Source: an uncultured Clostridia bacterium
GTDB lineage: Bacteria > Bacillota > Clostridia > TANB77 > CAG-465
Assembly: GCA_934162655.1 (NCBI GenBank)
Contig: CAKPJL010000005.1
Span: 1-62,095, forward strand
DNA: 62,095 bases
Direction of reading: 5' to 3'
Part shown: positions 48,680 to 59,637 of the stretch, one piece after another
Position numbering within the stretch: position 1 is the first letter of the stretch
Layout: each line of letters starts with the position of its first letter
The notes under the pieces: generated by a model
Seen by the model: the letters and a program-made list of their open reading frames with translations, nothing else
What the model was told of the DNA's origin: nothing
The model's database searches: none
Translations under genes and position numbers: made by a program

Positions 48680-50146
48680 ATGGATACAAATGAAATATTA
48701 GAAAACTATTTAATAAGTAATGGTTGCAGCATATCTAATAAATATGGATATATCTTAGATGATGATTACGATTACCTAAAAGATGAAAAATCAAAAAAAG
48801 TAGAAATTGCTTCAAAAACTATATCACTTGATAAACCAAGTAAAAATACAGTAAAACTTAATGTAGTTATGTTTAACTCCAAATATATACTACATAGCTA
48901 TATGACAAAACATTTAAATGAAATGACAAGTGACATAGCAAACTTTTCCAACTTTTTATTTAACGCTGGTTTGGTATATTTTACTGATTATTTAAAATAT
49001 TTAAATAACAAATTTAGTATTGATGAGAAGCTATTAAACAATTTAATAAATCTAACAAATGCTAACATAAAGAGTTTAAAAGAAAGTTTAAACCAAACAA
49101 TTATAAGACATCAAAATAAGATGAATCAAATCAATCAAGATATAACAAATAGTATTAATAACAGTAACGCTAGAACAATAGCTGAAGCTGCAAACGCTGC
49201 AAGATATACTTTTGGTCAAGTTGATTATTCTTCATCCCTTTTTGGAGATGGATATTTAGCATATGGTTCTAGTTTTTCTGTAACAGGAAAAAGTCAGGCA
49301 ACTCTAAACAATGAAATTAATTCAAATATATCTTATGCTAATTTTTTAGGAAGCAAAAATAAAAACATAGCAAATCAAGAAATTTTAATTGAAACTTATG
49401 ATATGTTTTTAAATTTAATTGACAAATTTAACTTTGATTTAAAAGAGATACTTATGTTAAAATTGCCAAATTTATTTAATGAATATATTATAAAAAATGA
49501 TAGTGATTTACAAAAAAATCCTACTAACTTAAATTCATGGATGAAAATAGTAAAAGATATTAATAAAGAAGATTTTGATAAACTAAAAGAAATTCTTGAC
49601 TTTTATGAATTAAATATATTGTCTTATATTAAATCAAAAGCCATTTCTAATATATTAAACTATTATAATGAAAATAATAAATGCGATTACGAGGATAATT
49701 ATCTTCAATTATATAGATTTTTCACCAATAATGGCGATATAACAGTAGAAAAAGATTTTCAAAATAAAATTTACAATAGTGTACTTTCAAAGGCATCAAG
49801 TGATAAGTTAAAATTAGATGATAAAGTAATTATTATAAATGATTGTGATTATTTAACTAAGGAAAATAAAGATAAAATAATAAAAAAATTTAGGGACGAA
49901 AAAAAAGCCACAAAAAAATTTAACAAATCTATTCTTACTAAAGTTATACTTTTGATGATTCCACTTATAGCAATAATTGCATTTTTAGTATATTTTATTT
50001 TAGGCTATTTTGGAAAATATGTGCTTATTGAACCTATATATAATTTAAAAGATGTCATATTTACACTAGGAATTGCCCCTTTACTACTTGTTACTATATT
50101 ACTCTTTGTAAATATAATAAGGGCACTTAAAAAATTATTTAAATAA
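48680..50146 (+). CDS. Hypothetical 488-aa protein with two C-terminal TM helices
   Basis: AGGTGG RBS. Asn-rich helical soluble part. No recognised motif. Confidence 0.5.
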   Translation: MDTNEILENYLISNGCSISNKYGYILDDDYDYLKDEKSKKVEIASKTISLDKPSKNTVKLNVVMFNSKYILHSYMTKHLNEMTSDIANFSNFLFNAGLVYFTDYLKYLNNKFSIDEKLLNNLINLTNANIKSLKESLNQTIIRHQNKMNQINQDITNSINNSNARTIAEAANAARYTFGQVDYSSSLFGDGYLAYGSSFSVTGKSQATLNNEINSNISYANFLGSKNKNIANQEILIETYDMFLNLIDKFNFDLKEILMLKLPNLFNEYIIKNDSDLQKNPTNLNSWMKIVKDINKEDFDKLKEILDFYELNILSYIKSKAISNILNYYNENNKCDYEDNYLQLYRFFTNNGDITVEKDFQNKIYNSVLSKASSDKLKLDDKVIIINDCDYLTKENKDKIIKKFRDEKKATKKFNKSILTKVILLMIPLIAIIAFLVYFILGYFGKYVLIEPIYNLKDVIFTLGIAPLLLVTILLFVNIIRALKKLFK

Positions 50147-50187
50147 AAATATACCGATTAGCTAGTAACTAATCGGCATATTTTATT

Positions 50188-50277
50188 TGGCGGAGAGTGA
50201 GGGGATCGAACCCTCGCGCCCGTTACCAGACCTAACAGTTTAGCAAACTGTCCCCTTCACCACTTGGGTAACTCTCC
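50188..50277 (-). tRNA. tRNA-Ser (GCT)
   Basis: Acceptor is GGAGAGT/ACTCTCC. Anticodon loop is TTGCTAA. It has a long variable arm and CCA is encoded. Confidence 0.9.
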
Positions 50278-50324
50278 ATATATTTTTAAAGCGGAATTAC
50301 TAAAAGTATATTCCGCTTATTCTT

Positions 50325-50413
50325 TGGCGGAAGAGGTAGGATTCGAACCCACGGTACCTTTCGATATCACCAGTTTTCAAGACTGGCTCCTTAAACCACT
50401 CGGACACTCTTCC
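50325..50413 (-). tRNA. tRNA-Ser (TGA)
   Basis: Acceptor is GGAAGAG/CTCTTCC. Anticodon loop is CTTGAAA. It has a long variable arm and CCA is encoded. Confidence 0.9.
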
Positions 50414-50450
50414 ACAAACTTGGTACAACATATATTATACCAGTTTTTTT

Positions 50451-50885
50451 TTATTTGTCAATACTTTTTTCCAATTTAGATGCTATTTCTTTCGGTAAAA
50501 TATTATAATATTTAATTTCATCAATATAAATTCTTTCAATTTCATATTTTCCATATTTTTCAATATTTACATTAGTCCATTCAGGGCCAGTCCCTGTTCC
50601 TATTATGCCTGATTTATGTTCACATAAATAAAACTTTTCATCTCTATTTAAATCTTCGTTAAATATCGATTCAAATTCACTTACTATTAAAATTTCTATT
50701 CCTAGCTCTTCTTTTACTTCTCGAATTAGAGTTTCTTCAAAAGTTTCATTTTCCTCTACATGTCCACCTGGAAATGTATAATAAACATATTCACTATCAC
50801 CATTATATTTTGTTCTTTTAATAGATATAAAATATTTACCTTTGTCATCCTTTTTTAATATAATTGCTCTTGATGTACTTTCCAA
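50451..50885 (-). CDS. NUDIX hydrolase
   Basis: Nudix box GGHVEENETFEETLIREVKEELG. Confidence 0.85.
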   Translation of the reverse strand: MESTSRAIILKKDDKGKYFISIKRTKYNGDSEYVYYTFPGGHVEENETFEETLIREVKEELGIEILIVSEFESIFNEDLNRDEKFYLCEHKSGIIGTGTGPEWTNVNIEKYGKYEIERIYIDEIKYYNILPKEIASKLEKSIDK

Positions 50886-50893
50886 AATATCAC

Positions 50894-51784
50894 CTACATT
50901 TTTATATTAAGTTTATTTAATATACTATCTAATCCTTCTTCATCATTATATTCAATAACAATTTTCCCATTTTTAGAACTAGAATTTAACTTAACATTAT
51001 ATCCAAAAAATTCTTTTAATTTGGTTTCTATATTCTTATAGTATACAGCATTAGGGCATTTTTTTTCTGGTTTTCTTACATACTCCTCTGAGCCATACAC
51101 TATTTTTTCTGCTTCCCTTACACTCAACTTTTTATCTATTATTTTTTGTGCAACTTCTAATTGCCTTGTTTTACTATCAAGTGCTAGAAGTGTTCTAGCA
51201 TGTCCTTCTGAAAGTTTGCCATCTAGTACATAATCAATAATTTTGTCTTGTAATTTCAAAAGTCTAACAGTGTTAGATACAGTTGAGACATTTTTTCCTG
51301 TAAGCTTTGCAACTTCTGTTGCAGAATACCCATCGATATCCATAAGTTCTTTTATAGCACGAGCTACCTCAATTACATTTAAATCTTCTCTTTGAATATT
51401 CTCTATTAATGCAACCTGTTTTTTCTTTGTATCAGTATAATCTTTTACAATTGCTGGTATAGTTTTAAGCCCTGCAAGTTTAGCTGCACGCCATCTTCTC
51501 TCACCTGCAACTATTGTATATCCATTTTTAGATTTTACTACAAGAATTGGTTGTATAACACCTTGCTCTTTTATAGAATCAGCAAGTTCTTGCAATTTTT
51601 CTTCATCAAATACTTTTCTTGGTTGTTCTACATCTGGCTCTACATCTACTATTTTTAATTCAATAACACTACCTAACTCTTTATTTTTTTCTTTTAATGG
51701 TTTTAATTCTGCTTTTACTTCTTCAGTATCCTCACCAAAAAAAGCATTAAGTCCTCTACCTAAACCTTTTTGAGTCTTTGCCAT
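50894..51784 (-). CDS. parB: ParB/Spo0J chromosome partitioning protein
   Basis: GLGRGLNAFF, IQPILV, AGERRWRAAKLAG and an HTH. The ATG at 51784 with AAGGAAG RBS is preferred. Confidence 0.9.
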   Translation of the reverse strand: MAKTQKGLGRGLNAFFGEDTEEVKAELKPLKEKNKELGSVIELKIVDVEPDVEQPRKVFDEEKLQELADSIKEQGVIQPILVVKSKNGYTIVAGERRWRAAKLAGLKTIPAIVKDYTDTKKKQVALIENIQREDLNVIEVARAIKELMDIDGYSATEVAKLTGKNVSTVSNTVRLLKLQDKIIDYVLDGKLSEGHARTLLALDSKTRQLEVAQKIIDKKLSVREAEKIVYGSEEYVRKPEKKCPNAVYYKNIETKLKEFFGYNVKLNSSSKNGKIVIEYNDEEGLDSILNKLNIKM

Positions 51785-51791
51785 AGATTTT

Positions 51792-52562
51792 TTACACTTC
51801 CTTTTCATTTAATTTTATTAATTCTTTTGCTAATTTTTTATAAGTTTCTGCCCCTTTTGAGTCAGCATCATATAAATTTATTGGTAATGCGTGTGAAGGT
51901 GCCTCACTAAGCCTTATATTTCTTGGTATTACAGTTTGAAAAACCTTATTACCAAAAAATCTCTCAACTTCATCTGCAACTTGTTCTGATAGATTAGTTC
52001 TAGAATCATACATAGTAAGAAGTACACCTTCTATAACTAAATCTTTATTTAAATGTTTTTGAACAAGTTTAATAGTATTAACTAGTTGTCCAAGTCCTTC
52101 TAGTGCATAATACTCACATTGAATAGGAACAAGAACACTATCAGAAGCCGTAAAAGAATTAAGTGTAATAAGTCCTAAAGATGGTGGACAATCTATAAAT
52201 ATATAATCATATTCATCTTTTATAAGGTCTACTGCATCTTTTAATCTAGTTTCCCTTGAAACCATAGATACAAGTTCAATTTCAGCACCAGCAAGATTTA
52301 TATTTGCTGGACAGACATCTAATTTTTTAATCATAGTATGACAAATAGTGTCCTTTATTTCTATATCATCTATCAATACATTATATATAGATTTTTTATC
52401 CTTTGCATCCACCCCAAGTCCACTTGTAGCGTTTCCTTGTGGATCTATATCAATAAGAAGTACCTTTTTTCCTTTTTCAGCTACACAAGCACTAAGATTA
52501 ACGGCTGTGGTAGTTTTACCCACTCCTCCTTTTTGATTTGCTATCGCTATTACTTTTGCCAT
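51792..52562 (-). CDS. soj: ParA/Soj ATPase
   Basis: Deviant Walker A NQKGGVGKTTT, plus DIDPQGN and IDCPPSLG. Confidence 0.95.
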   Translation of the reverse strand: MAKVIAIANQKGGVGKTTTAVNLSACVAEKGKKVLLIDIDPQGNATSGLGVDAKDKKSIYNVLIDDIEIKDTICHTMIKKLDVCPANINLAGAEIELVSMVSRETRLKDAVDLIKDEYDYIFIDCPPSLGLITLNSFTASDSVLVPIQCEYYALEGLGQLVNTIKLVQKHLNKDLVIEGVLLTMYDSRTNLSEQVADEVERFFGNKVFQTVIPRNIRLSEAPSHALPINLYDADSKGAETYKKLAKELIKLNEKEV

Positions 52563-52640
52563 ATTTTCACCCCATTAAATTTGATTATACTACAAAATTA
52601 TATAAAAAAAAAGAGAAAAACAAAAAATTATATGTTTTCT

Positions 52641-52823
52641 CTAATTATTATTTTTAGATTTGTTATATACATCTTGCATAACATCTAAAAAAGTTTCTTC
52701 TGACTTTTTTAAAATGTCTTTATTGGTTCTATTCTCCTTATTTTTATTACTTGACATGCAACAAGCATTACTAGATATATTTATTATTTTTCCTACTTTT
52801 TTTATATCATTATCATAATTCAT
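52641..52823 (-). CDS. Hypothetical small protein
   Basis: GGGAGGA RBS before the ATG at 52823. No motif recognised. Confidence 0.4.
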   Translation of the reverse strand: MNYDNDIKKVGKIINISSNACCMSSNKNKENRTNKDILKKSEETFLDVMQDVYNKSKNNN

Positions 52824-52911
52824 ATATACATCCTCCCACAAATTATCACAAGAAAATTAAATTTACTATCTATATTAATATTATACTATTTATTTCTAAA
52901 AAAATCCACTT

Positions 52912-53637
52912 TTATAGTGGATTTTTTTTAATTTTACCAAAATTTCTTGGATACTTATTTGGAGTCTTTCCTATCTTTTCTATATCTATTATATACCTTT
53001 TATATTCTTCATTATTAACTATATATGAATATTCATATCGATCTACTATGTTACATTTTAATATTTCCAATGCTTTTTTTGAAATTAATATCTCATCTTT
53101 TATTTTCTCACCTTTTAAAAGCAAACATTTACCTTCTACTTTTACAAAAGGAGAATTAAATTCTAAAAGTGTATTAAGAGAAGAAACTGCTCTTGCAGTA
53201 GAAATATCAAATTTTTCTCTATATATTTGATCATTTGATAATTCCTCAGCTCTTCCATGAACTGTTTTAACATTTTTTAATTCTAGTATTTTGATAACTT
53301 CATTTAAAAACTTTATTCTCTTATCTAAAGCATCAAGCAATGTTATATCTAGATTTCCATTAAAATATATTGCTATAACTATACCAGGGAAACCTCCTCC
53401 AGTACCGACATCGATAATATTTTGTCCTTCTTTTATATATTTTACAATTTCTAATGAATCTACAAAATGTTTTAATATTATATCATGTTCACCAGTTATA
53501 GCAGTCAAGTTTATTTTCTCATTCCATTCTAAGAGTAAATTTTTATATATTTCAAATCTTTCTAGCATTTTATCTGTTAAATCTATTTTATTATATTTTT
53601 TTACTTCTTCTTTTAGAAGCTCCCTAAAATTTTCCAT
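52912..53637 (-). CDS. rsmG: 16S rRNA (guanine527-N7)-methyltransferase
   Basis: WNEKINLTAI and the SAM motif DVGTGGGFPG. Lies in the position after mnmG. Confidence 0.9.
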   Translation of the reverse strand: MENFRELLKEEVKKYNKIDLTDKMLERFEIYKNLLLEWNEKINLTAITGEHDIILKHFVDSLEIVKYIKEGQNIIDVGTGGGFPGIVIAIYFNGNLDITLLDALDKRIKFLNEVIKILELKNVKTVHGRAEELSNDQIYREKFDISTARAVSSLNTLLEFNSPFVKVEGKCLLLKGEKIKDEILISKKALEILKCNIVDRYEYSYIVNNEEYKRYIIDIEKIGKTPNKYPRNFGKIKKNPL

Positions 53638-53661
53638 CTATTTTCCTTTCAAGATATATAT

Positions 53662-55545
53662 TTATTTTTTGTTTTGACTTAAATAAATAAGTAGTACTGA
53701 AATATCTGCCGGTGATACACCAGATATACGTGATGCCTGTCCAACAGAAGTAGGTTTTTGTTTGTTTAATTTTTGCCTTGCTTCCAAACATAATCCTTTT
53801 ATTTGTTCATAATCAATATTAACACTTAGCTTCTTTTGCTCCAATTTTTTAAATTCTTCAATTTGCTCTAATTGTAACTTAATATATCCCTCATATTTTA
53901 TTTCAATTTCTGCTTCTTCTTTTACTGATTCTGGCAAATCAGGTCTTTGACTATCAAGTGGTAATATATTTTCATAGTTAAGTTCACTTCTTTTTAATAA
54001 TTCTGAAATTTTTGTTCCCTCAGTGATTTCAGAACTCTCTAAGCTTTTTAAAATATTATTTATCTCCTCACTAGGCTTTACATTAGTATTTTTAAGTCTC
54101 AATACTTCTTTATCTATTAATTCTTTTTTATTTAAAAATCTATGATATTTTTCACGTGAAACTAAACCTATGTCATACCCTTTCTGTGTTAATCTTAAAT
54201 CAGCATTATCTTGTCTAAGCATCAATCTATACTCAGCTCTTGATGTCATCATACGATATGGTTCATTGGTACCTTTAGTAACTAAGTCATCTATTAGTAC
54301 ACCTATATATGCTTCTGATCTATCTAGTATAAATGGTGATAGTTTATCAATTTTTCTAGAAGCATTTATTCCAGCTATTATTCCTTGTGCAGCAGCTTCT
54401 TCATACCCAGAAGAACCATTAACTTGACCAGCAAAAAATAATCCTTCAATTCCTTTATATTCTAAATTCAAATTAAGATTTGTAGAATCAATACAATCAT
54501 ACTCTATGGCATAAGCTGGTCTCATCATTTTGGCATTTTCAAGTCCCGGTACAGTTCTATACATTTGTATTTGTACATCTTCTGGAAGTGATGATGACAT
54601 ACCTTGAATATACATTTCTCCTGTTGCTTCTCCAAGTGGTTCAATGAATAATTGATGCCTTTGTTTGTCTGCAAATCTAACTACTTTATCCTCAATTGAT
54701 GGACAATATCTTGGACCTATTCCATGAATTTTCCCACTATATATTGGAGAACGATCTAAATTATCTCTAATTATCTTGTGCGTAGCCTCTGTTGTATATG
54801 TTAAATAGCAATCTACTTGTTTTTTATTTAAAATTTGCTCATTATTTTCATTATCAAATGACATTGGAGTTATTTTTTTATCGCCATGTTGTACTTCCAT
54901 TTTTGAAAAATCAATACATTTTTTATTTATTCTTGCTGGTGTGCCTGTTTTAAATCTTCTAAGTTTTACACCTATATCAAGTAAACTTTGTGATAAATCA
55001 TTAGCTGGGAACACTCCATCTGGTCCACTTTCATATGATATTTCTCCTATAATTACTTTACCTTTTAAATAAGTTCCAGTTGCTACAACAATTGACTTAC
55101 AACTAAATGTAGCCCCAATTTTTGTTTTAATGCCACAAACTTTATTTCCATCCATTAAAATTTTTACTACTTCTGCTTGATATACATCTAGGTTTGGCTC
55201 ATTTTCCATAGTTTTTTTCATTTCAATATGATACATTCTTCTATCAGATTGTACTCTTAATGAATGAACTGCTGGTCCTTTTGATAAATTTAACATTTTA
55301 GATTGTATAAATGTTTTATCTGCATTTTTAGCCATTTCACCTCCAAGAGCATCTATTTCTCTTACTAAATGTCCTTTGGAAGTACCACCTATACTTGGAT
55401 TACAAGGCATATTTGCAAGTGTATCTAAATTAATCACAAATGCAGCTGTTTTCTTTCCTAAACGTGCAGCGGCAAGTGCAGCCTCACAACCCGCATGGCC
55501 AGCACCTATAACTATAACATCATATTCTCCTAAACAATAATCCAT
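53662..55545 (-). CDS. mnmG: tRNA uridine 5-carboxymethylaminomethyl modification enzyme MnmG
   Basis: [21 protein letters not shown] and [11 protein letters not shown]. Confidence 0.95.
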   Translation of the reverse strand: MDYCLGEYDVIVIGAGHAGCEAALAAARLGKKTAAFVINLDTLANMPCNPSIGGTSKGHLVREIDALGGEMAKNADKTFIQSKMLNLSKGPAVHSLRVQSDRRMYHIEMKKTMENEPNLDVYQAEVVKILMDGNKVCGIKTKIGATFSCKSIVVATGTYLKGKVIIGEISYESGPDGVFPANDLSQSLLDIGVKLRRFKTGTPARINKKCIDFSKMEVQHGDKKITPMSFDNENNEQILNKKQVDCYLTYTTEATHKIIRDNLDRSPIYSGKIHGIGPRYCPSIEDKVVRFADKQRHQLFIEPLGEATGEMYIQGMSSSLPEDVQIQMYRTVPGLENAKMMRPAYAIEYDCIDSTNLNLNLEYKGIEGLFFAGQVNGSSGYEEAAAQGIIAGINASRKIDKLSPFILDRSEAYIGVLIDDLVTKGTNEPYRMMTSRAEYRLMLRQDNADLRLTQKGYDIGLVSREKYHRFLNKKELIDKEVLRLKNTNVKPSEEINNILKSLESSEITEGTKISELLKRSELNYENILPLDSQRPDLPESVKEEAEIEIKYEGYIKLQLEQIEEFKKLEQKKLSVNIDYEQIKGLCLEARQKLNKQKPTSVGQASRISGVSPADISVLLIYLSQNKK

Positions 55546-55553
55546 AATAATTC

Positions 55554-56930
55554 CTACTTTCCTATACAAAATTTTTCAAATATTTTTTTTGTAACTTCTG
55601 CATTCACATCTTGACCTATTATTTGGCCTAAAAATTTTGTAGCATTTTTTATATGAATTGAAATAATATCAATTGGCATACCTAAATTAATTGCATTTAT
55701 AGCATCATTTAAGTTATCCATTGCCTTTTCAAGTAACATTTTATGTCTTTCATTTGTTATAATAAGCTCATTTTGATAATCAAGGTCATTAGTGTTAAAC
55801 ATTTCTTCAATTTTACTTTTCAATTCATCTATGCCATAATTTTCATAAGCAGATATCATAATTGTATTTTCGTTTTTTAATTCTTTTAATTGACTCACAA
55901 ATTGATTTAGATACATTTTATCTACTTTATCTATCTTATTTATAACCACAATATATTTTAAGCCCTTATTTTTAATTCTAGAAAGAATTTCATAATCATC
56001 TTTTTGTATTTTATTTTCTGCATTCAATACATACAAAACTAAATCTACTTCATCTAAAATTTTTATACTCTTCTCTACACCTATTTTTTCTATTAAATCA
56101 TCAGTATCTCTTATACCTGCAGTATCAGATAGATTTAAAACTAAATTTCCTATATTTACACTTTCTTCAACTATATCACGAGTAGTACCTGCTATATCTG
56201 TTACAATAGCTTTATCTGATTTTGAAAGTCTATTTAATATTGATGATTTACCAACATTTGGTCTTCCTATTATTGCAACATTTACACCATCTTTTATTAC
56301 TTTTCCTTGATCATATGTCTTTAATAATTTAGTGACCTCTTCTATTTTCTTATTAAGTAATCTTACAACATTTTTATTTTCAACTTCTTCATAATCATAT
56401 TCGGGATAGTCTATGCTTACACTTATATGTGCTAGCATTTCTATAAGTTCTTCTCTTAATTTTGTAATTTTACTTGCAAGTTCACCTTGAAGTTGTTTTT
56501 CAAAAATCTTAGTACCAACTCTTGTTTTTGCATTAATTAAATCAATTACAGCCTCTGCTTTAGATAGATCCATTTTTCCATTCAAAAAAGCTCTTTTAGA
56601 AAATTCCCCTGGCTCTGCAAGTACAGCACCATTTTGTAATACATATTCTAATATTTCTTTTGTAATTTGAACACCACCATGGCAATTAATTTCAATGGTA
56701 TCTTCACCTGTAAATGATTTCGGTGCTTTGAAATATGAAACAAGTACATTATCTATTATACTTTGATTTTTTATTATATTACCGTATATTATCTTATTAG
56801 GTTCTAACTTTTTATAGTTATCAAATATTTTATAAGCGATATCAAGACTTTTATTACCGCTAATCCTTATTATACTTATTCCACTATTTGTGAGACCTGT
56901 GCCTATTGCAGCAATTGTACTTGTTAACAT
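55554..56930 (-). CDS. mnmE: tRNA modification GTPase MnmE
   Basis: [17 protein letters not shown] and the C-terminal FCIGK. Confidence 0.95.
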   Translation of the reverse strand: MLTSTIAAIGTGLTNSGISIIRISGNKSLDIAYKIFDNYKKLEPNKIIYGNIIKNQSIIDNVLVSYFKAPKSFTGEDTIEINCHGGVQITKEILEYVLQNGAVLAEPGEFSKRAFLNGKMDLSKAEAVIDLINAKTRVGTKIFEKQLQGELASKITKLREELIEMLAHISVSIDYPEYDYEEVENKNVVRLLNKKIEEVTKLLKTYDQGKVIKDGVNVAIIGRPNVGKSSILNRLSKSDKAIVTDIAGTTRDIVEESVNIGNLVLNLSDTAGIRDTDDLIEKIGVEKSIKILDEVDLVLYVLNAENKIQKDDYEILSRIKNKGLKYIVVINKIDKVDKMYLNQFVSQLKELKNENTIMISAYENYGIDELKSKIEEMFNTNDLDYQNELIITNERHKMLLEKAMDNLNDAINAINLGMPIDIISIHIKNATKFLGQIIGQDVNAEVTKKIFEKFCIGK

Positions 56931-56977
56931 AACTTTATTTTCCTTTCTTTAAAAAAGTCAGCGTTGCTGACTCTTAA

Positions 56978-57631
56978 TTAATATTTTTTTCTTATCATTA
57001 CTCTTCTTCTTGGTTCTTCTCCAAAAGATTCTGTTTCTACATCTGTACGTTTTGAGATTTCATTATGAATTATTAATCTTTCATATGCAGACATTGGTTC
57101 AAGTTTTATTGGCTTTCTAAATTTAATTACATTGTCTGCCATTTTATTTGCAAGTCTTCTTAGCTTTTCTTCCTTTTGTTTTTTATAACCATTAATCTCT
57201 AAAAATACTTTTCCATATTCTTCATCTTCACGTTGCAACATAGAATTTAATATTGATTGTATTGATTCTATTGTCTTTCCTTTATATCCTATAAGATGAG
57301 AAACATTATCACCATTAATTTCTACAAGTATTTGATTTTCAAAAAGTTTTACATCATATTTTATATTACTTTCCCCTGTTATTTCAAATATATCCTTTAA
57401 AATATTTTTAACTTTTTCAATTGTCTTAGTTGCCACTGTATCACTTATTTTTTTGTCAACTGTAAGCCTTACTTTTGCCATTTTAGCAGAAAGCATACCC
57501 AAAATTCCTCCATTTGATGGTTCTTCAAGTATTTCAATTCTTACATCGTCGCGTGATACTTTTAATTCTTCTAATCCTTTCCTTATTGCTTCTTCTGTTG
57601 TTTTTCCATATTGTTCACTAATTTTTTTCAT
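56978..57631 (-). CDS. jag: Jag/KhpB RNA-binding protein (Jag_N, KH, R3H)
   Basis: N-terminal Jag domain. C-terminal R3H region (ERLIIHNEI...). Lies in the position after yidC. Confidence 0.85.
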   Translation of the reverse strand: MKKISEQYGKTTEEAIRKGLEELKVSRDDVRIEILEEPSNGGILGMLSAKMAKVRLTVDKKISDTVATKTIEKVKNILKDIFEITGESNIKYDVKLFENQILVEINGDNVSHLIGYKGKTIESIQSILNSMLQREDEEYGKVFLEINGYKKQKEEKLRRLANKMADNVIKFRKPIKLEPMSAYERLIIHNEISKRTDVETESFGEEPRRRVMIRKKY

Positions 57632-58472
57632 TTACTACTCCCCCTTTATTTAACTCTAATAATTTCTTATGTTTTGAAGTTATTTTAGAAATTATTAACT
57701 GAGTAAATATTTGTAATATATTACCAAATAACCAATAAACACCTAGTGCAAGTGGCATTGTGTAAGCTATAATTCCAGACATTAAAGGAAGTGTTAGATT
57801 ATTTGTCTTTTGCATTTCCTTTTGTTCATCTGTCATATTAGTATTTTTTTGTGTTAATTTAGATTGTATAAATGAAAGTACAACAGTAATTATCGGAATT
57901 AATAAAGATATTTTATTTGATCTTTTTGCAACATCTTTATTAAATATATTTGAAGGAATATCACCTAAATTTATACCAAAAGCTACATCCATATCTATTA
58001 AATCATTTTCTTTTGCAACTTGTATTTCATAAGCCTTCATTTCATTTTCTGTAACACTATCTACTTCTTTATTTAAATAAGTTGCTGTATAAGATTTGAT
58101 TTGATCAGCTGGTGTTCTTGTTATATAAGTTAATGGTTGCTTTACTATATAAAACATCGCAAGCACAATCGGTATTTGTATTATAAGTGGTAAACATCCA
58201 CCCATTGGACTTATTTTATTTTCACTATATAATTTTGACAATTCCTCTGCTTGTTTTTGTTTATCATTTTTATATTTTTCTCTTATTTGTGCATCTTTTG
58301 GAGCAATATCTTGCATTTTTTCCGTTGATTTTATCTGCATAAGTGTCAAAGGAAAAAGTATAAGTTTAGTTAAAAAAGTAAAAATTAGTATTGATAAAAA
58401 ATAATTGTTATTTACTAGTTCATATATAAATCTAATAATTACACCAAAAAAACTTGCAATTGCAGCTATCAT
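57618..58472 (-). CDS. yidC: YidC/Oxa1-family membrane insertase
   Basis: Motifs PMGGCLPLIIQIPI and GVYWLFGNILQI. Confidence 0.9.
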   Translation of the reverse strand: MIAAIASFFGVIIRFIYELVNNNYFLSILIFTFLTKLILFPLTLMQIKSTEKMQDIAPKDAQIREKYKNDKQKQAEELSKLYSENKISPMGGCLPLIIQIPIVLAMFYIVKQPLTYITRTPADQIKSYTATYLNKEVDSVTENEMKAYEIQVAKENDLIDMDVAFGINLGDIPSNIFNKDVAKRSNKISLLIPIITVVLSFIQSKLTQKNTNMTDEQKEMQKTNNLTLPLMSGIIAYTMPLALGVYWLFGNILQIFTQLIISKITSKHKKLLELNKGGVVNEKN

Positions 58473-58486
58473 AAATTACCTCATTT

Positions 58487-58738
58487 CTATTTTAATTTAT
58501 CTACTCCACCTTTTGAAAATGGATTACATCTAAGTATTCTAAAAATACCTAAAACATTCCCTTTTATTATACCATATTTGTCAACTGCTTGTTTAGTATA
58601 TTCAGAACAAGTAGGATAGTATATACATCTATTTCCTAATGAATTAGATATATGTTTTTGATATAAGTTTATTAAGAATATCTCTAATTTACTTGGAATT
58701 TTTAATATAAATAATATCAAATTACACACTTTTTTCAT
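58487..58738 (-). CDS. yidD: Membrane protein insertion efficiency factor YidD
   Basis: CIYYPTCSEYTKQAV...RILRCNPF. Confidence 0.85.
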   Translation of the reverse strand: MKKVCNLILFILKIPSKLEIFLINLYQKHISNSLGNRCIYYPTCSEYTKQAVDKYGIIKGNVLGIFRILRCNPFSKGGVDKLK

Positions 58739-59084
58739 ATAAATCTAATTCCCTAAAACACTTTACCATTTCATCTTTTATAGTAGAAAAATTTATATCA
58801 TCTATTCTTGTAGTTTTTTTATATAAAACAACTATATTTAATCCTTTTTTTAGTTTATTTTCCTCTTCTTTATATACTTCTCTTACCCAACGCTTCATTT
58901 TATTTCTACACACGCTATTTCCATTTTTTTTAGATATACATATACCTAAAAAATTACAATTAAAATACATCTTAACTTTATTTGTGTTGTAATGTACACT
59001 TATATATTTTAATGATTTAAATCTTCCATTATTTAAAATATACTTAAAAGTTCCATTCTTTTTTATTGTTAAAGTAAATTTCAT
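58722..59084 (-). CDS. rnpA: Ribonuclease P protein component
   Basis: The RNKMKRWVRE motif (RNR box). Lies in the position after rpmH. Confidence 0.85.
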   Translation of the reverse strand: MKFTLTIKKNGTFKYILNNGRFKSLKYISVHYNTNKVKMYFNCNFLGICISKKNGNSVCRNKMKRWVREVYKEEENKLKKGLNIVVLYKKTTRIDDINFSTIKDEMVKCFRELDLYEKSV

Positions 59085-59153
59085 TTTCTATCCCCTACTC
59101 ATATTTAGAATAAAAAGTGAGTATGAAAAACATACCCACTTTCCTAAGTAGTT

Positions 59154-59291
59154 CTAAGCACTAATTACTTTTCTACCTTTTGCTCTTCTAGCCTTTAAAA
59201 CATTTCTACCAGAAGCAGAAGACATTCTTGCTCTAAATCCGTGTACTTTTTTTCTTTGTGCTTTACTTGGATTACTTGTTGATATTTTCAT
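59154..59291 (-). CDS. rpmH: 50S ribosomal protein L34 (not in the supplied ORF track, 45 aa)
   Basis: Hand translation: [45 protein letters not shown]. Confidence 0.9.
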   Translation of the reverse strand: MKISTSNPSKAQRKKVHGFRARMSSASGRNVLKARRAKGRKVISA

Positions 59292-59515
59292 TGCTACACC
59301 TCCACTTGTATCTAAAATATTAACTAAATTTATAAAAAATGATACCTAATGTATCAAACTAAAATTCAAAGTACATTAATTATACATTACTTATGTTTAT
59401 TTGTCAATATTTTTCAAAATATTTAACAAAAAATGATAAATACTTGAAAATTTTTTGAATACATGATATATTTAGTCCAAATAACTTTTTTTAAAATTTT
59501 ATTTGTCAAAATTTT

Positions 59516-59602
59516 TAATCCACAATTATTATGTAAAACAATTATTTAGTCTTATTTAATATACTAAATTTTATCAACACCTGTGGATAACTCTGTGGAT
59601 AA
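59516..59602. promoter_or_regulatory. DnaA-box cluster upstream of dnaA (oriC left part / dnaA autoregulation)
   Basis: Perfect TTATCCACA on the complement at 59582-59590 and 59594-59602. One-mismatch boxes at 59516-59524 and 59571-59579. Confidence 0.7.
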
Positions 59603-59637
59603 CTTTTTAAAACAAGTGTTTGAAGAAAGGTGGTTTT

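Noticed and set aside
50288-50320. 8-bp-stem hairpin (AGCGGAAT / ATTCCGCT) between the two tRNA-Ser genes, considered as a terminator or processing signal.
   Set aside because: It has no clear U tract on the tRNA (minus) strand. Its function cannot be decided from sequence alone.
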